A stretch of 64,000 nt of DNA from Spirochaetia bacterium (GTDB lineage Bacteria > Spirochaetota > Spirochaetia > SP-2023): NCBI GenBank assembly GCA_965263295.1, contig OZ253665.1, forward strand, positions 768,001-832,000. Direction: 5' to 3'. This document shows, in pieces, positions 42,699 to 52,458 of this stretch. The notes beneath the pieces are model-generated. The model worked only from the letters and a program-made list of their open reading frames with translations, was not told the origin of the DNA and did not search any database. Both the position numbers and the translations under genes were made by a program. Within the stretch, counting starts at the first letter, position 1; each line of letters starts with the position of its first letter.

Positions 42699-43555
42699 GG
42701 TTTTTGGGGGACCACGAAAAGCACGAAAGAGGGCGAAAAGTCACGAAATTTAGGCAGGGAAGCCGCGGGTGGCACGATGGGGAGCCGCGGGTGACAGGGA
42801 AACTTTAAAGGGGACCACGAAAGGGCACGAAGACAGCGAAAGGGCACGAAATCTAGGCTGGGGGGCTGTGGGTGACAGAAAAAAAGGGGCCGGATGGACG
42901 ACGTGAGGCGCGGGGGGCGTCCAGGGAGTAGGCGCGGTGTTTTAGGGTTTTTCGTGTCGTTCGTACTTTTTAGTGTATTTCGTGGTTACTTGGCCCGGAA
43001 CCACGAAAGGCACGAAAGGTGGCGAAAGGTCACGAAATTTAGACGGGGGAGCCGCGGGTGGCACGACGGGGAACTTTGAAAGGGAACCACGAAAGTACAC
43101 GAAAGGTTGCGAAAGGGCACGAAAGTTAGACAGGGGGAGCCGCGGGAGGCACGACGGGGAGCTGCGGGTGACAGGGAAAAAGTAAAAAAAGGGGACGGCA
43201 GCCAGGAAGGGCGTCCAGGCAGCAGGCGCGGTGTTTTAGAATTTTTCGTGTCGTTCGTACTTTTTTTGTGTTTTTTGTGGTTACTTGGCCCGGGACCACG
43301 AAAGGCACGAAAGGTGGCGAAAGGTCACGAAATCTAGGCGGGGGAGCCGCGGGGGGCAGGGAGCCAAGAAGGGCGCGAAGGTCAGAAGAGGTTCTTTTGT
43401 GAAATCCAATCCAATAACGGGTTAATAACTGTAATTTAAATAAAATTCTTGAAAAACTATTTTAAGTGTTATATTATAAATACACAAAGTAGGGCCGGGC
43501 TTGAAAAATTATCTTAGCCAATGGGCTTGGGGCTTGGCAATCAGGAGGTGCGTAG

Positions 43556-44824
43556 ATGGGCACAATTTCAATATTCGTTTTGACATTATCTGTCATAACC
43601 GGATCTTTTTTGGGCGGGTGTTCCAAGTCCAAAGAGGGCAATGCAGACAGCGCGAAAAATGTAACGTTAAATATTTGGTGGGCCTCTCAAAGCGAATTTA
43701 AAGAGCCACTCACTGCGGCGATTGAAGAATTTACGGCGGCAAGTCCGAATATAACAATTGAGCCGGAATGGATGCCTAATTTTGACTATTACAACAAATA
43801 TAAAATTGCACTGGCGGGTGACCAGGCTCCAGATATCGTAAAAATAGATCACGTATTCGTGCAGTCGCTGGGTTACAACGATCAGGTTTACGACCTGCTT
43901 GAATTTGGCGCAAACGATGTAAAAGAGCAGTTTATCGCTGCAACCTGGCAAGCCAATATGTACAAAGATCACGTCTACGCACTGCCATTCGACGCAAATA
44001 CATTGGCCCTGATGGTCAACCGGGATTTACTGGCTAAAGCGGGCGTACAGCCGCCTACAACGCTAGACGAGCTTATTTCGGCGTCACTGGCCGTTTCAGA
44101 CTTGGGCGAAAAAGGTGTGTATGGGTTTACAATCCCGTGCGAAGCCGGCAAGAGCGGCTTTTTGTCGTACCAGTTTGTCGGCTGGGTCGCGCGCAATGGC
44201 GGTTCTATCTTAAATGACGATTGGTCGGCATCGGCACTGAACCGGCCTGAAGCCATTAATGCACTTAAACAGTTGCAATCATTAATTGATCAAAAGGCTG
44301 TGCCCGCGAATGTGTTTATGGAAAGTGAATTTTATGCCGGCAAAATCGGCATGCTGGAAATGGGACCGTGGCACGTTCCGACAATCACAGGCCCTGATGC
44401 AACCGCCAACTTTGAGGTCGTGCCACTTGTATCTTTAAAAGATGATGTCGAAACCTACTCGCCACTGGGTCTCTATAGCCTGGCAATTTCAAAGTCTTCG
44501 GCACATCCTGAAGAAGCCTATAAATTTATTGAATTCCTCGCGACCAATGAATCCTTGCAAATTTCTTATTCAAAGGCAACGTATCTGATGCCTTCGCTCA
44601 AGCACGCATACGATGATGAGTTCTACGACAACGAAGTGTGGAAAATATTCGCCGCACAGTTGGAAAAGACGGTATCGAGGCCAGGTTCTCCAGCCTGGCC
44701 GTCAATTGACGAAGCAATCAACAATGCGATCCAAGAAGTATTGACCGCGACAAAGACGCCAGAAGAGGCCCTTGCGGACGCAGATGCCCAAATCAATACA
44801 GAACTAAAAAAACTGGGAAAATAA
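43556..44824 (+). CDS. CUT1 sugar ABC substrate-binding lipoprotein
   Basis: AGGAGG RBS, lipobox LGGC, APDI, YALPFDANTLALMVNRDLL, GPW. Confidence 0.88.
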   Translation: MGTISIFVLTLSVITGSFLGGCSKSKEGNADSAKNVTLNIWWASQSEFKEPLTAAIEEFTAASPNITIEPEWMPNFDYYNKYKIALAGDQAPDIVKIDHVFVQSLGYNDQVYDLLEFGANDVKEQFIAATWQANMYKDHVYALPFDANTLALMVNRDLLAKAGVQPPTTLDELISASLAVSDLGEKGVYGFTIPCEAGKSGFLSYQFVGWVARNGGSILNDDWSASALNRPEAINALKQLQSLIDQKAVPANVFMESEFYAGKIGMLEMGPWHVPTITGPDATANFEVVPLVSLKDDVETYSPLGLYSLAISKSSAHPEEAYKFIEFLATNESLQISYSKATYLMPSLKHAYDDEFYDNEVWKIFAAQLEKTVSRPGSPAWPSIDEAINNAIQEVLTATKTPEEALADADAQINTELKKLGK

Positions 44825-44847
44825 ATTAATTGTGCAAAGAAAATTAA

Positions 44848-46470
44848 ATGAATGAGAGAAAATTTATAAAGAAAATCTTACCGGGACTGGCGGCGGCATG
44901 TTTAACGGCAGTTTGTGGATGCGAGGATGCCGTTGGGATAGCAGGTTCTCAGATACAAGCGGATAGAACCTACTTTCAAAAACCGGCATATACGGCCACA
45001 TCCTTTAGGGTAATTGATCGCGCTAGTTTGTCCGCAGCAGAAAGACCGATGATTGCCGCTCTACAAGGTATCGTGGCCAATAAAACATCCACTCAAATTT
45101 ACATCACGGATTCGACGATGCGTGATGGCGAGTACCAGGACGGAGATGCTTATCTAATCTGGTTAAATAATTTAAGAGATAGGCATGGAATAGGTTATAC
45201 CGAGGCGGCGAGCGCTGCAGCATTGGTTGATGAATATAAAGAATATATTGATGGTTATATCTTGTACCAGAGCGGAAACAGCTCCATAAATGTCGCTTCT
45301 TCTTTGGCGGGCATATTGAATGCCATTCCTGTGGCAAAAAATATTGAGCTTGATATTTCAGCCTACGGGCTGCGTCAGGTCCTGGATGCCTCAGATAAGG
45401 ACGAAGCCTGGTGCAAGGAAAATTACTGGGATCAATTCAGCCATGACGTAATCATTGAGCAGAAAGAAGAAAATGACCTGTGCCTTAGGGATTTTGCCGC
45501 CATGCACAAGAGTATGGTATTTTTTGACGACACGCCAGACTCCCCATTCCGGACTTCCATTATGGCCAGCATGAACGATGACGCCGCAGTGATGGGCTGG
45601 GGGCAAGTAATCGGTTCGGAAGACCGTTTTATTATGAACAGCAGTCAAAATGGTGTGCATTACCTGCCCCTTGACTGGGGCAAAAACTTATCGGTACTGA
45701 GTGGATTTGATCCAAACCGTTCTTACATTCAAAAAACACAGGGCGAACCTGCATACGAAGAAAACGTGCACTACGTGGCATTTATCGTATCCGATGGCGA
45801 CAATATTCAGTGGACACTCGGCAGGGGCAATGAGAAAAGATGGTGGGGCAGCGATGCGCGTGGCGATTTCGATGTGGGCTGGACATTTCCGCCGGCATTG
45901 ATGGAACTGGCACCAACGGTCCTAAAGTGGTACTACGATACGGCTTCGACAAATGATAATTTCGTTATCGGCCCATCGGGCAGCGGTTTCTTTTTTCCGG
46001 GTGCCTATCCGGCCGCAGAACTTGAATTGGGCCTTGAAAGATTGAATGATTTTATGGGCAGGCTGGACATCAACAGTGTCGTTCTACTGGGATACAACGA
46101 TTGGGACGACACCAAAATGCTTAGTAGATATACAAGTCAGGAGAATATTGACGCTTTATTCTATTTTGAATGGTATGATTTTGGGCTCAATACACACGGC
46201 AGAAAAATTAAGTGGCTCAACGGCAAGCCGGTCATATCTTGTGGCGAGAAGCTGTTCGAAAGAAAAAAGGAATGCTTGGGCAATATCAACAAAGCTTCCA
46301 CAGATGTCTACAACGATGGGGCATATACCGTCGTATATGCCCATGCATGGGAGCCCAACATCATGGATAACATCAAATATGTTGTCGATAATTTAAACCA
46401 AAATGTGAGGGTCGTCACGCCGGCGGCAATGATTAAGATTGTAAATCACTTCTACAACCCCCAATTATGA
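44848..46470 (+). CDS. GxGYxYP-domain putative carbohydrate-active lipoprotein
   Basis: LQGIVA, RDFA, VMGW, AFIVSDGDNIQW, GWT, GPSGSGFFFP, VYAHAW. Confidence 0.8.
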   Translation: MNERKFIKKILPGLAAACLTAVCGCEDAVGIAGSQIQADRTYFQKPAYTATSFRVIDRASLSAAERPMIAALQGIVANKTSTQIYITDSTMRDGEYQDGDAYLIWLNNLRDRHGIGYTEAASAAALVDEYKEYIDGYILYQSGNSSINVASSLAGILNAIPVAKNIELDISAYGLRQVLDASDKDEAWCKENYWDQFSHDVIIEQKEENDLCLRDFAAMHKSMVFFDDTPDSPFRTSIMASMNDDAAVMGWGQVIGSEDRFIMNSSQNGVHYLPLDWGKNLSVLSGFDPNRSYIQKTQGEPAYEENVHYVAFIVSDGDNIQWTLGRGNEKRWWGSDARGDFDVGWTFPPALMELAPTVLKWYYDTASTNDNFVIGPSGSGFFFPGAYPAAELELGLERLNDFMGRLDINSVVLLGYNDWDDTKMLSRYTSQENIDALFYFEWYDFGLNTHGRKIKWLNGKPVISCGEKLFERKKECLGNINKASTDVYNDGAYTVVYAHAWEPNIMDNIKYVVDNLNQNVRVVTPAAMIKIVNHFYNPQL

Positions 46471-46573
46471 ACAATGATTGCTTGGCGAGAATGTGCAGAA
46501 TGTGTGGTGAATAATGAGCCCACATGAATCCGGCCAAAGCCGGGAATTATTTGCAGACTAAGAGGGGGAATTG

Positions 46574-47467
46574 ATGAGGCTGGAAAAGCTTAGAGTAAAA
46601 TATAGCAAAGAGATTACAGCGTATAAATTGCTTGGAATACCCCTTGCGTTGTGGGCTATATTCTTCGTATTTGCATTATTCAGAGCGTTCTTCATTAGCC
46701 TGACAGACTGGAATCTGTTACGGGAGGCCTCGTTTGTAGGACTAGACAATTATATTGAAATATTGAGTGATAAAGAAACACTGCAGGTATTCATCAATAC
46801 AATAACCTGGACATTGTTTATTGCGGTTGGGCAAAATGTTATCGGATTATTTATGGCATATATGTTGAACGAGATTCCAAGGGGAGAGGCTTTCTTTAGA
46901 ACAACTTTGTATTGGCCGGTTCTCGTTTCATTGGTTGTTGGCGCAGAAATGATCAAGTATATATTTAATCCAAGTCCTTTTGGCTTAATGAACAGCCTCC
47001 TCATTAAGCTGGGAATGGAGCCCATGGCCTGGTATCAGGATCCCCAAATGGCATTGATTTCGCTGGCCATCTTTCCCATGTTCACAGGCTTTGGAATCAA
47101 GATGATTATTTACTTGGCGGGCATCAAAGGTATTCCCTACAGCATATATGAAGCGGCCGAAATAGATGGAGCGAAAGCCTATCAGCAGTTTGCAAGAATC
47201 ACTTTGCCACTGATAAAACCCATCGTTATTTTAAACTTTGTCATGTCGACAATAGAAGGCTTTAGGGTCTTGGCCCCGATGCAGCTCGTCACCAATGGCG
47301 GACCGATTAACAGTACGGAAACAGTAGTTTTGAGTATTTATAAGCAGGGCTTTATTAAGAATAATATGGGTTATGCATCGGCTTTGGCATTTATCTTGTT
47401 TGCCATCATACTCGTAATTTCTGCCGTGCAGCTAAGGCTGCAAGGAGAGGATACAAGCTATGAATAA
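46574..47467 (+). CDS. CUT1 ABC permease (MalF-like)
   Basis: FVGLDNY, YEAAEIDGA, ITLPLIKP, MGYASA. Confidence 0.9.
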   Translation: MRLEKLRVKYSKEITAYKLLGIPLALWAIFFVFALFRAFFISLTDWNLLREASFVGLDNYIEILSDKETLQVFINTITWTLFIAVGQNVIGLFMAYMLNEIPRGEAFFRTTLYWPVLVSLVVGAEMIKYIFNPSPFGLMNSLLIKLGMEPMAWYQDPQMALISLAIFPMFTGFGIKMIIYLAGIKGIPYSIYEAAEIDGAKAYQQFARITLPLIKPIVILNFVMSTIEGFRVLAPMQLVTNGGPINSTETVVLSIYKQGFIKNNMGYASALAFILFAIILVISAVQLRLQGEDTSYE

Positions 47468-48293
47468 ACAGCGTAAAGGCAGTTACATTTTGTTTTACAT
47501 CATTCTGGTTTTTTATTCCGTGATTCAAGTATTCCCATTTTATCTAAAATTGGTGAATTCCTTACAGCCAAGAGATTTCATTCCCGTTTTAGGCCGGCTC
47601 TACTTATATCCTGAAAGCATCAATCTGGCAAATTATATTGAAGCTTGGAATGCCGCTGGTTTAGGGAGAGGCTACATAAACAGTCTGATTTATGTAACGC
47701 TTTACACAGCTATCAGTGCCGTGATTGTGGTCATTGCCGGTTACGTCTTGGCAAAAAAGAAGTTCAGGGGGAATAAATTGATCTTCTTCGCCCTAATATC
47801 AACCATGATGGTTCCCGGCGAAGTTTTGTTTATTCCAAACTACTTGCTTATTAAGGACTTGGGCATGCTGAATAGCCTTGCGGCCCTTATTGTACCGGGG
47901 CTTGTGAATACGTTCGGAATATTCCTGACCAAACAGTTTTTCATGACAATTCCAGATTCGATTCTGGAGTCTGTATATTTAGAAGGGGCTTCAGAGTTGA
48001 CGATAATCAGAAAAATCATGTTTCCATTGGCCGCACCCGCTGTTGCAACATACTCCATCATTACTTACACCTCAATGTGGAACGAATATATCTGGCCTCA
48101 AATCGTACTGACAAAGTCGAGGTTATACCCTGTGCAGTTGGCACTAAAAAGCTTTGATACGGATTTTAAAACGCCCTACTATGACATATTGAATTCAGCC
48201 GGAATGATTATGACTTTTATACCTGTGGTCGTTATATTTTTGATATTCCAAAAGAAATTTGTCGAAGGCGTGAGCTTAACGGGAATCAAGTAG
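47460..48293 (+). CDS. CUT1 ABC permease (MalG-like)
   Basis: TMMVPGEV, IPDSILE..EGA, WNEYIWP, FQKKFVEG. Confidence 0.9.
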   Translation: MNKQRKGSYILFYIILVFYSVIQVFPFYLKLVNSLQPRDFIPVLGRLYLYPESINLANYIEAWNAAGLGRGYINSLIYVTLYTAISAVIVVIAGYVLAKKKFRGNKLIFFALISTMMVPGEVLFIPNYLLIKDLGMLNSLAALIVPGLVNTFGIFLTKQFFMTIPDSILESVYLEGASELTIIRKIMFPLAAPAVATYSIITYTSMWNEYIWPQIVLTKSRLYPVQLALKSFDTDFKTPYYDILNSAGMIMTFIPVVVIFLIFQKKFVEGVSLTGIK

Positions 48294-48394
48294 GGCTCCA
48301 GAATATTTAGAAACCCAAGCTTGATGGTCTCATCCGTTAATCAGGGCCCTGGGCCTGCTTTTTATTTTGTCGTATTCTTACAGAATTTAATTAT

Positions 48395-49630
48395 CTACTG
48401 TTTGGCCATACGCCTTTTGCGGGCACGGATTTCAATATTATGCGCGGAATCAACGGTTTTTTTAAATTCCTCTAAATCATTGCAATAGATCATGCCTTCT
48501 TCGTTAAGAGACATACAACGATGATCCATCAATTTTTCAAAGGATTCTTCACCGACATCAATAGCAAGCCCACACATTTTTATTAACTCGGTTTTGCCAA
48601 AAGCAAATTGATGCTTGGCACGACGGTCACATTCGACATGTTGCTTGAGTAACTGGGTGAGTAGGGTGTCCCATAGCCGGGTAAGTGGATCCTCAATCAG
48701 GCTGTTGGCAAGCTGTTTGTAAATAGTCCATAAGCGATCTGCCAAGACCGTCAATAATTTAGTCACCAGTTTTTCATTTTGCAGTATGATTTTCTCGAAA
48801 TTGTTTTTATCCACGGCCATAATCTGGGTTTCGCCATAAGCTATGATATTTGCTGTGCGATCTTTATCGTTGAGTAGGCTCATCTCTCCAACAATTTCAC
48901 CAGCATCGAGAATAGCCAAGATCATTTCTTGGGTGTCGATAATTTTAGTGATTTTGACTTTACCACTTTGAATGATATACAGCTCGGAGCCAGGCATGTG
49001 TTCCGCACAGATCATCTCTCCGGACTGGTATGTACGGCTAAAACCTTTCTGGGATTCAACTGTAATGCCTATTTTATCCAGGTAATTTTGAGCTTTTTGT
49101 TTGTGCGAACCTTCGGGATGATTTTCTATATAAGAAGTAAAAACCATGGCTGCATGTTTGGGGTTCTTGGCATTGTAAAAAAATTCACCTGTTTGGAACA
49201 GTTTCTCCGCTACATCCTTGCTATGATCCGCATCGACCATGTTGGCCGCCAATTCGTTGTCATATCGCCGCAGATCGCTGGACAAAGACCGGATAATCTT
49301 TAAGGCGATGGAAGGAGCCTCTAGCACCAGGTCCCCGAATTGAGCACGTTGAACCATAATCATTGAGCAGTCAGTCAAGGTGACAGCTGTCTCGTTGGCC
49401 TCCTGAGAGCTCATGGCACTGATGACACCGAAAAAACTACCGGGGCCGAGAATTTGGCTTTGTATGCCTAACATCTGATTTACGAGTGTTTCAATGCGTA
49501 CTCTACCAGATTGAATGATAAAAAAAGCACCTCCATTTTTCTGACTGTTCGCAGGCTCGTTCTCAATCATGACGTAGGAGCCTGTCCGGAACTTGACAAT
49601 AGATAAAGAACTCTTATTCACAAGCTCCAT
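48395..49630 (-). CDS. Tandem cNMP-binding domain protein (Crp/Fnr-like) with central TPR-like helix pair
   Basis: FFIIQSGRV..GSFFG and LYIIQSGKV..GEIVGEMSLL..RTAN. Confidence 0.82.
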   Translation of the reverse strand: MELVNKSSLSIVKFRTGSYVMIENEPANSQKNGGAFFIIQSGRVRIETLVNQMLGIQSQILGPGSFFGVISAMSSQEANETAVTLTDCSMIMVQRAQFGDLVLEAPSIALKIIRSLSSDLRRYDNELAANMVDADHSKDVAEKLFQTGEFFYNAKNPKHAAMVFTSYIENHPEGSHKQKAQNYLDKIGITVESQKGFSRTYQSGEMICAEHMPGSELYIIQSGKVKITKIIDTQEMILAILDAGEIVGEMSLLNDKDRTANIIAYGETQIMAVDKNNFEKIILQNEKLVTKLLTVLADRLWTIYKQLANSLIEDPLTRLWDTLLTQLLKQHVECDRRAKHQFAFGKTELIKMCGLAIDVGEESFEKLMDHRCMSLNEEGMIYCNDLEEFKKTVDSAHNIEIRARKRRMAKQ

Positions 49631-50044
49631 AGCTGCTCCCTCAATAATAAAAGTCTATCATGCTAAAAGTTGCTACGAGCTAGGAAAACTGTTGATTGCT
49701 TCATATTTTTTATGACCAGGCACATTACCATAACAAACTTCATGCAATACTGTAGCTTTAATATTATAGCAATAACAAAGTGTCAGCTGCAAGCTCCAGG
49801 TTGACTTGCTTGCAAAAGGTTATTTTTCTTGTCGTCAATTAATTGGCAGGCATTGCTGCATCGACAGAAATTTCCCAGAAATTTACTCTGAGTTTTTGCT
49901 CATTACTCTTTACTTCGTATTTGTAATTTAGTAGCTTATATCTCTTTATATTTTCAGCTTGGGCGATATTGGCAGGAGTGACATGGAACCTCTAAAGGAA
50001 TGGGAGCCAAATCTGGAATAGGCCGGAATAAAAAAGGAGTATTA

Positions 50045-51100
50045 ATGTTAGCGAAAGATAACCCACAATCTAGCCGCAATTCTACTGGAGGCCATACAGA
50101 CGTAACGGAGACTGATTTTATCCGGAACTTAAAGAGATTTGGCCCGATGTTGATGGGCATACTCAACGTTAGCCCCGACTCATTTTACGATGGCGGCAAA
50201 TACCTGCAACTTGAAGCTGCCGTGATGCACGCTCGGCAAATGGTGGCAGATGGCGCCAATATTATTGATATCGGTGGAGAAAGCACTCGTCCCGGCGCCG
50301 TGCCTGTCGATGTCGAAACCGAATGGCAACGAGTGGGCCCGGTAATGGAAGAACTACTGCCTTGGCTACATACTGAGAACCAGCGCCGTCTCGGCGAAGG
50401 TAAGCCCAGGATTTTCTTGTCGGTGGATACTTACAAGGTCGAAATCGCGCGGCGCAGCTTGGCACTGGGCGCCGACATTATCAATGACGTTTCGGGTGCT
50501 CAGAGCGAGCCGGAAATACTTACCGTGGCGGCAAAGTCGGGAGCCAACTACATTGCGATGCATAATTCATTTATCTTGCCATCTGCACCCGATCAAGCCG
50601 GGGAAGTAAAGGAAGCCGGCCGGCGGCCGACGCCCCATACCCTAAAATCATTTGTCCATTACCCGGCAGATCCGCTGCCGCAAATAGCCATGGAATTGTA
50701 TCAGTTGTACGATACAGCTCGCCTGGCCGGCTGCCATAATATCGTGCTTGATCCGGGCTTGGGTTTTGGCAAGGATGCCGCCTGTAACTGGCAACTTTTG
50801 GCCCAGTTGGAACGCCTGCGGCGCGAATTCTGCCGCGTCGCCACAATGGAACTGGCGCTGTGTCCGCCGATCCTGATCGGAGCTTCCAACAAACGTTTTG
50901 TGCGCCAGTGGCAGGAACAGGAAGAGGGGCAGAACGAGCCTGACCATCAACGCTTTCTCAGTGCTAACCTGACAGCTTGCGCCACCGCTTTGTTGGGCGG
51001 AGCCCAGCTCGTGCGCAGTCACGAAGTGCGTGAGCACTATCGTGTCTTGCGCAGCGTGCGCGAGTTACAACGTTACAACTCCGCAAGCGCGCAGACCTAG
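50045..51100 (+). CDS. folP: Dihydropteroate synthase (divergent, with insertions)
   Basis: MGILNVSPDSFYDGG, DIGGESTRPGA, SVDTY, INDVSG, DPGLGFGK; start after AGGAG. Confidence 0.9.
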   Translation: MLAKDNPQSSRNSTGGHTDVTETDFIRNLKRFGPMLMGILNVSPDSFYDGGKYLQLEAAVMHARQMVADGANIIDIGGESTRPGAVPVDVETEWQRVGPVMEELLPWLHTENQRRLGEGKPRIFLSVDTYKVEIARRSLALGADIINDVSGAQSEPEILTVAAKSGANYIAMHNSFILPSAPDQAGEVKEAGRRPTPHTLKSFVHYPADPLPQIAMELYQLYDTARLAGCHNIVLDPGLGFGKDAACNWQLLAQLERLRREFCRVATMELALCPPILIGASNKRFVRQWQEQEEGQNEPDHQRFLSANLTACATALLGGAQLVRSHEVREHYRVLRSVRELQRYNSASAQT

Positions 51101-51109
51101 TGACCTGGT

Positions 51110-51592
51110 ATGGACAAAATTATTTTTTCCAACCTTCGTTTTTGGGGCTGGCACGGCGCGTTTCGCCACGAGCAGTTGCGCGGCCAGTACTTTGAGCTGG
51201 ACCTTGAATTGAGCTGTGATTTATTGCCCGCCGGGCTGAGCGATCGCCTGGAGGATGGCACAGATTACGGCCGGCTATATGATTGTGTCAAAGCTGTAGT
51301 TTGCGAACGCCGTTTCCGTTTGTTGGAAGCCCTTGGAGATTGTATTTGCCGGGAGATTCTGGAGCGTTTTCCATCTATTTTTGCGATGCGTCTGCGTCTG
51401 CGCAAGCCGCAAGCGCCTTTGGAAGGAGGTATCTTGCCAGATGGGTACTGGGACATGCCCAATGCTTCGTGGAGTGCGGGGGCTGAGCCTGGAGACCAGC
51501 GCGCTTCAGCCCCAATCCCAGCTTGGAATTCTGGAGCTTTTGGTCCGGGTGGCAGTGTCGGCATTGAGATTTTTCGCCGGCGGGAAACTTGA
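51110..51592 (+). CDS. folB: Dihydroneopterin aldolase
   Basis: MDKI..L.F.G.HG...EQ..GQ, SDRLED.TDY, LLEAL, KPQAP; ~35-aa insertion near C-terminus. Confidence 0.88.
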   Translation: MDKIIFSNLRFWGWHGAFRHEQLRGQYFELDLELSCDLLPAGLSDRLEDGTDYGRLYDCVKAVVCERRFRLLEALGDCICREILERFPSIFAMRLRLRKPQAPLEGGILPDGYWDMPNASWSAGAEPGDQRASAPIPAWNSGAFGPGGSVGIEIFRRRET

Positions 51593-51601
51593 GTGTATTG
51601 A

Positions 51602-52231
51602 ATGAAAATCGGGACAGGATCTGAAGGCCTGCAGCCGTTGCAGGTGGCAGCTTATTTATCGCTAGGAAGCAACCTAGGTCAGCGCGGCGAGAACTTGGAT
51701 CAAGCCTTGCAACTATTGCGGCGGCACCCGGCGGTACAAGGCAGCCAATGTTCGGCCATTTATCAGACTAAGCCCTATGGCCCCGTCGAACAGGATGCGT
51801 TCTGGAATTTTTGCCTGCGCCTAGATTTAGATGAGGCAAAGCTGCTTGACCTGTCGCACAATGCCTGCGGCAACGAAGGCCAAAGCAATGGTCGCCAACG
51901 GGAACTCTGCGCTCACGCCTTGTTGCAATATTGCCTCGACTGTGAGTTGCAGCTAGGCCGCGATCGCAGTGCCCAAATTGTGCATTGGGGGCCGCGCAGC
52001 ATCGACATTGACCTAATCGACTACGAATACATAAAGGTGGATAGCCCACATTTGCACTTGCCACATCCCCATTTTCTGCAGCGACTTTTTGTACTGGTCC
52101 CTTTGGCTGAAATTGCGGACGAGAAATTACTGCGGGCCTATTCGCTGAAAGAGCAGATTCAACGTCTGAAAGTACTGCCTGAGAATCGGGATTGGGGCTT
52201 TCGCCTCAGTGCTGGTTTGCGCCGGGATTAA
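51602..52231 (+). CDS. folK: 2-amino-4-hydroxy-6-hydroxymethyldihydropteridine diphosphokinase
   Basis: YLSLGSNLG, WGPRSIDIDL, LPHP, RLFVLVPLAEI. Confidence 0.92.
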   Translation: MKIGTGSEGLQPLQVAAYLSLGSNLGQRGENLDQALQLLRRHPAVQGSQCSAIYQTKPYGPVEQDAFWNFCLRLDLDEAKLLDLSHNACGNEGQSNGRQRELCAHALLQYCLDCELQLGRDRSAQIVHWGPRSIDIDLIDYEYIKVDSPHLHLPHPHFLQRLFVLVPLAEIADEKLLRAYSLKEQIQRLKVLPENRDWGFRLSAGLRRD

Positions 52232-52458
52232 AGAACAAGACAAAGATTGTGAAAAGTTTTATCAGAGGGAATTCCCACGGTTTTCAAAGTTTGCCCGCCG
52301 GCGAGGCTCTACACTCGGAATTGCTTTAGCCACAGGCCGGTTGAGTATGGAGATGTCGGCTGCTAGGAATATGCGTCCTTTTTCAATACAATTCGCAAAT
52401 TCTATTTTCCTTAAGCATGTGGCCTAAGCCTTTATAAAGCCTTGATAAAACAATACAT

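Larger units (their letters stand above)
42359..43385. repeat. Mosaic REP/BIME-like repeat cluster
   Basis: Six forward ACCACGAAA units at 42375, 42711, 42814, 43000, 43086, 43295; two inverted units at 42948-42987 and 43242-43282; ~290-295 bp higher-order period. Confidence 0.9.

Noticed and set aside
42442..43337. Small ORFs in the repeat cluster (42442, 42599, 42894, 42973, 43107, 43126)
   Set aside because: Mostly translations of the repeat (NHERHER-type) or off-frame readings; no clear RBS and no recognisable domain.
42359..43385. CRISPR array
   Set aside because: Units are degenerate and in both orientations, the intervening sequences are themselves repeated, and no cas genes are present.
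49631..50044. THF or other riboswitch upstream of folP
   Set aside because: I could not see any consensus aptamer elements; an Rfam scan would be needed to exclude one fully.
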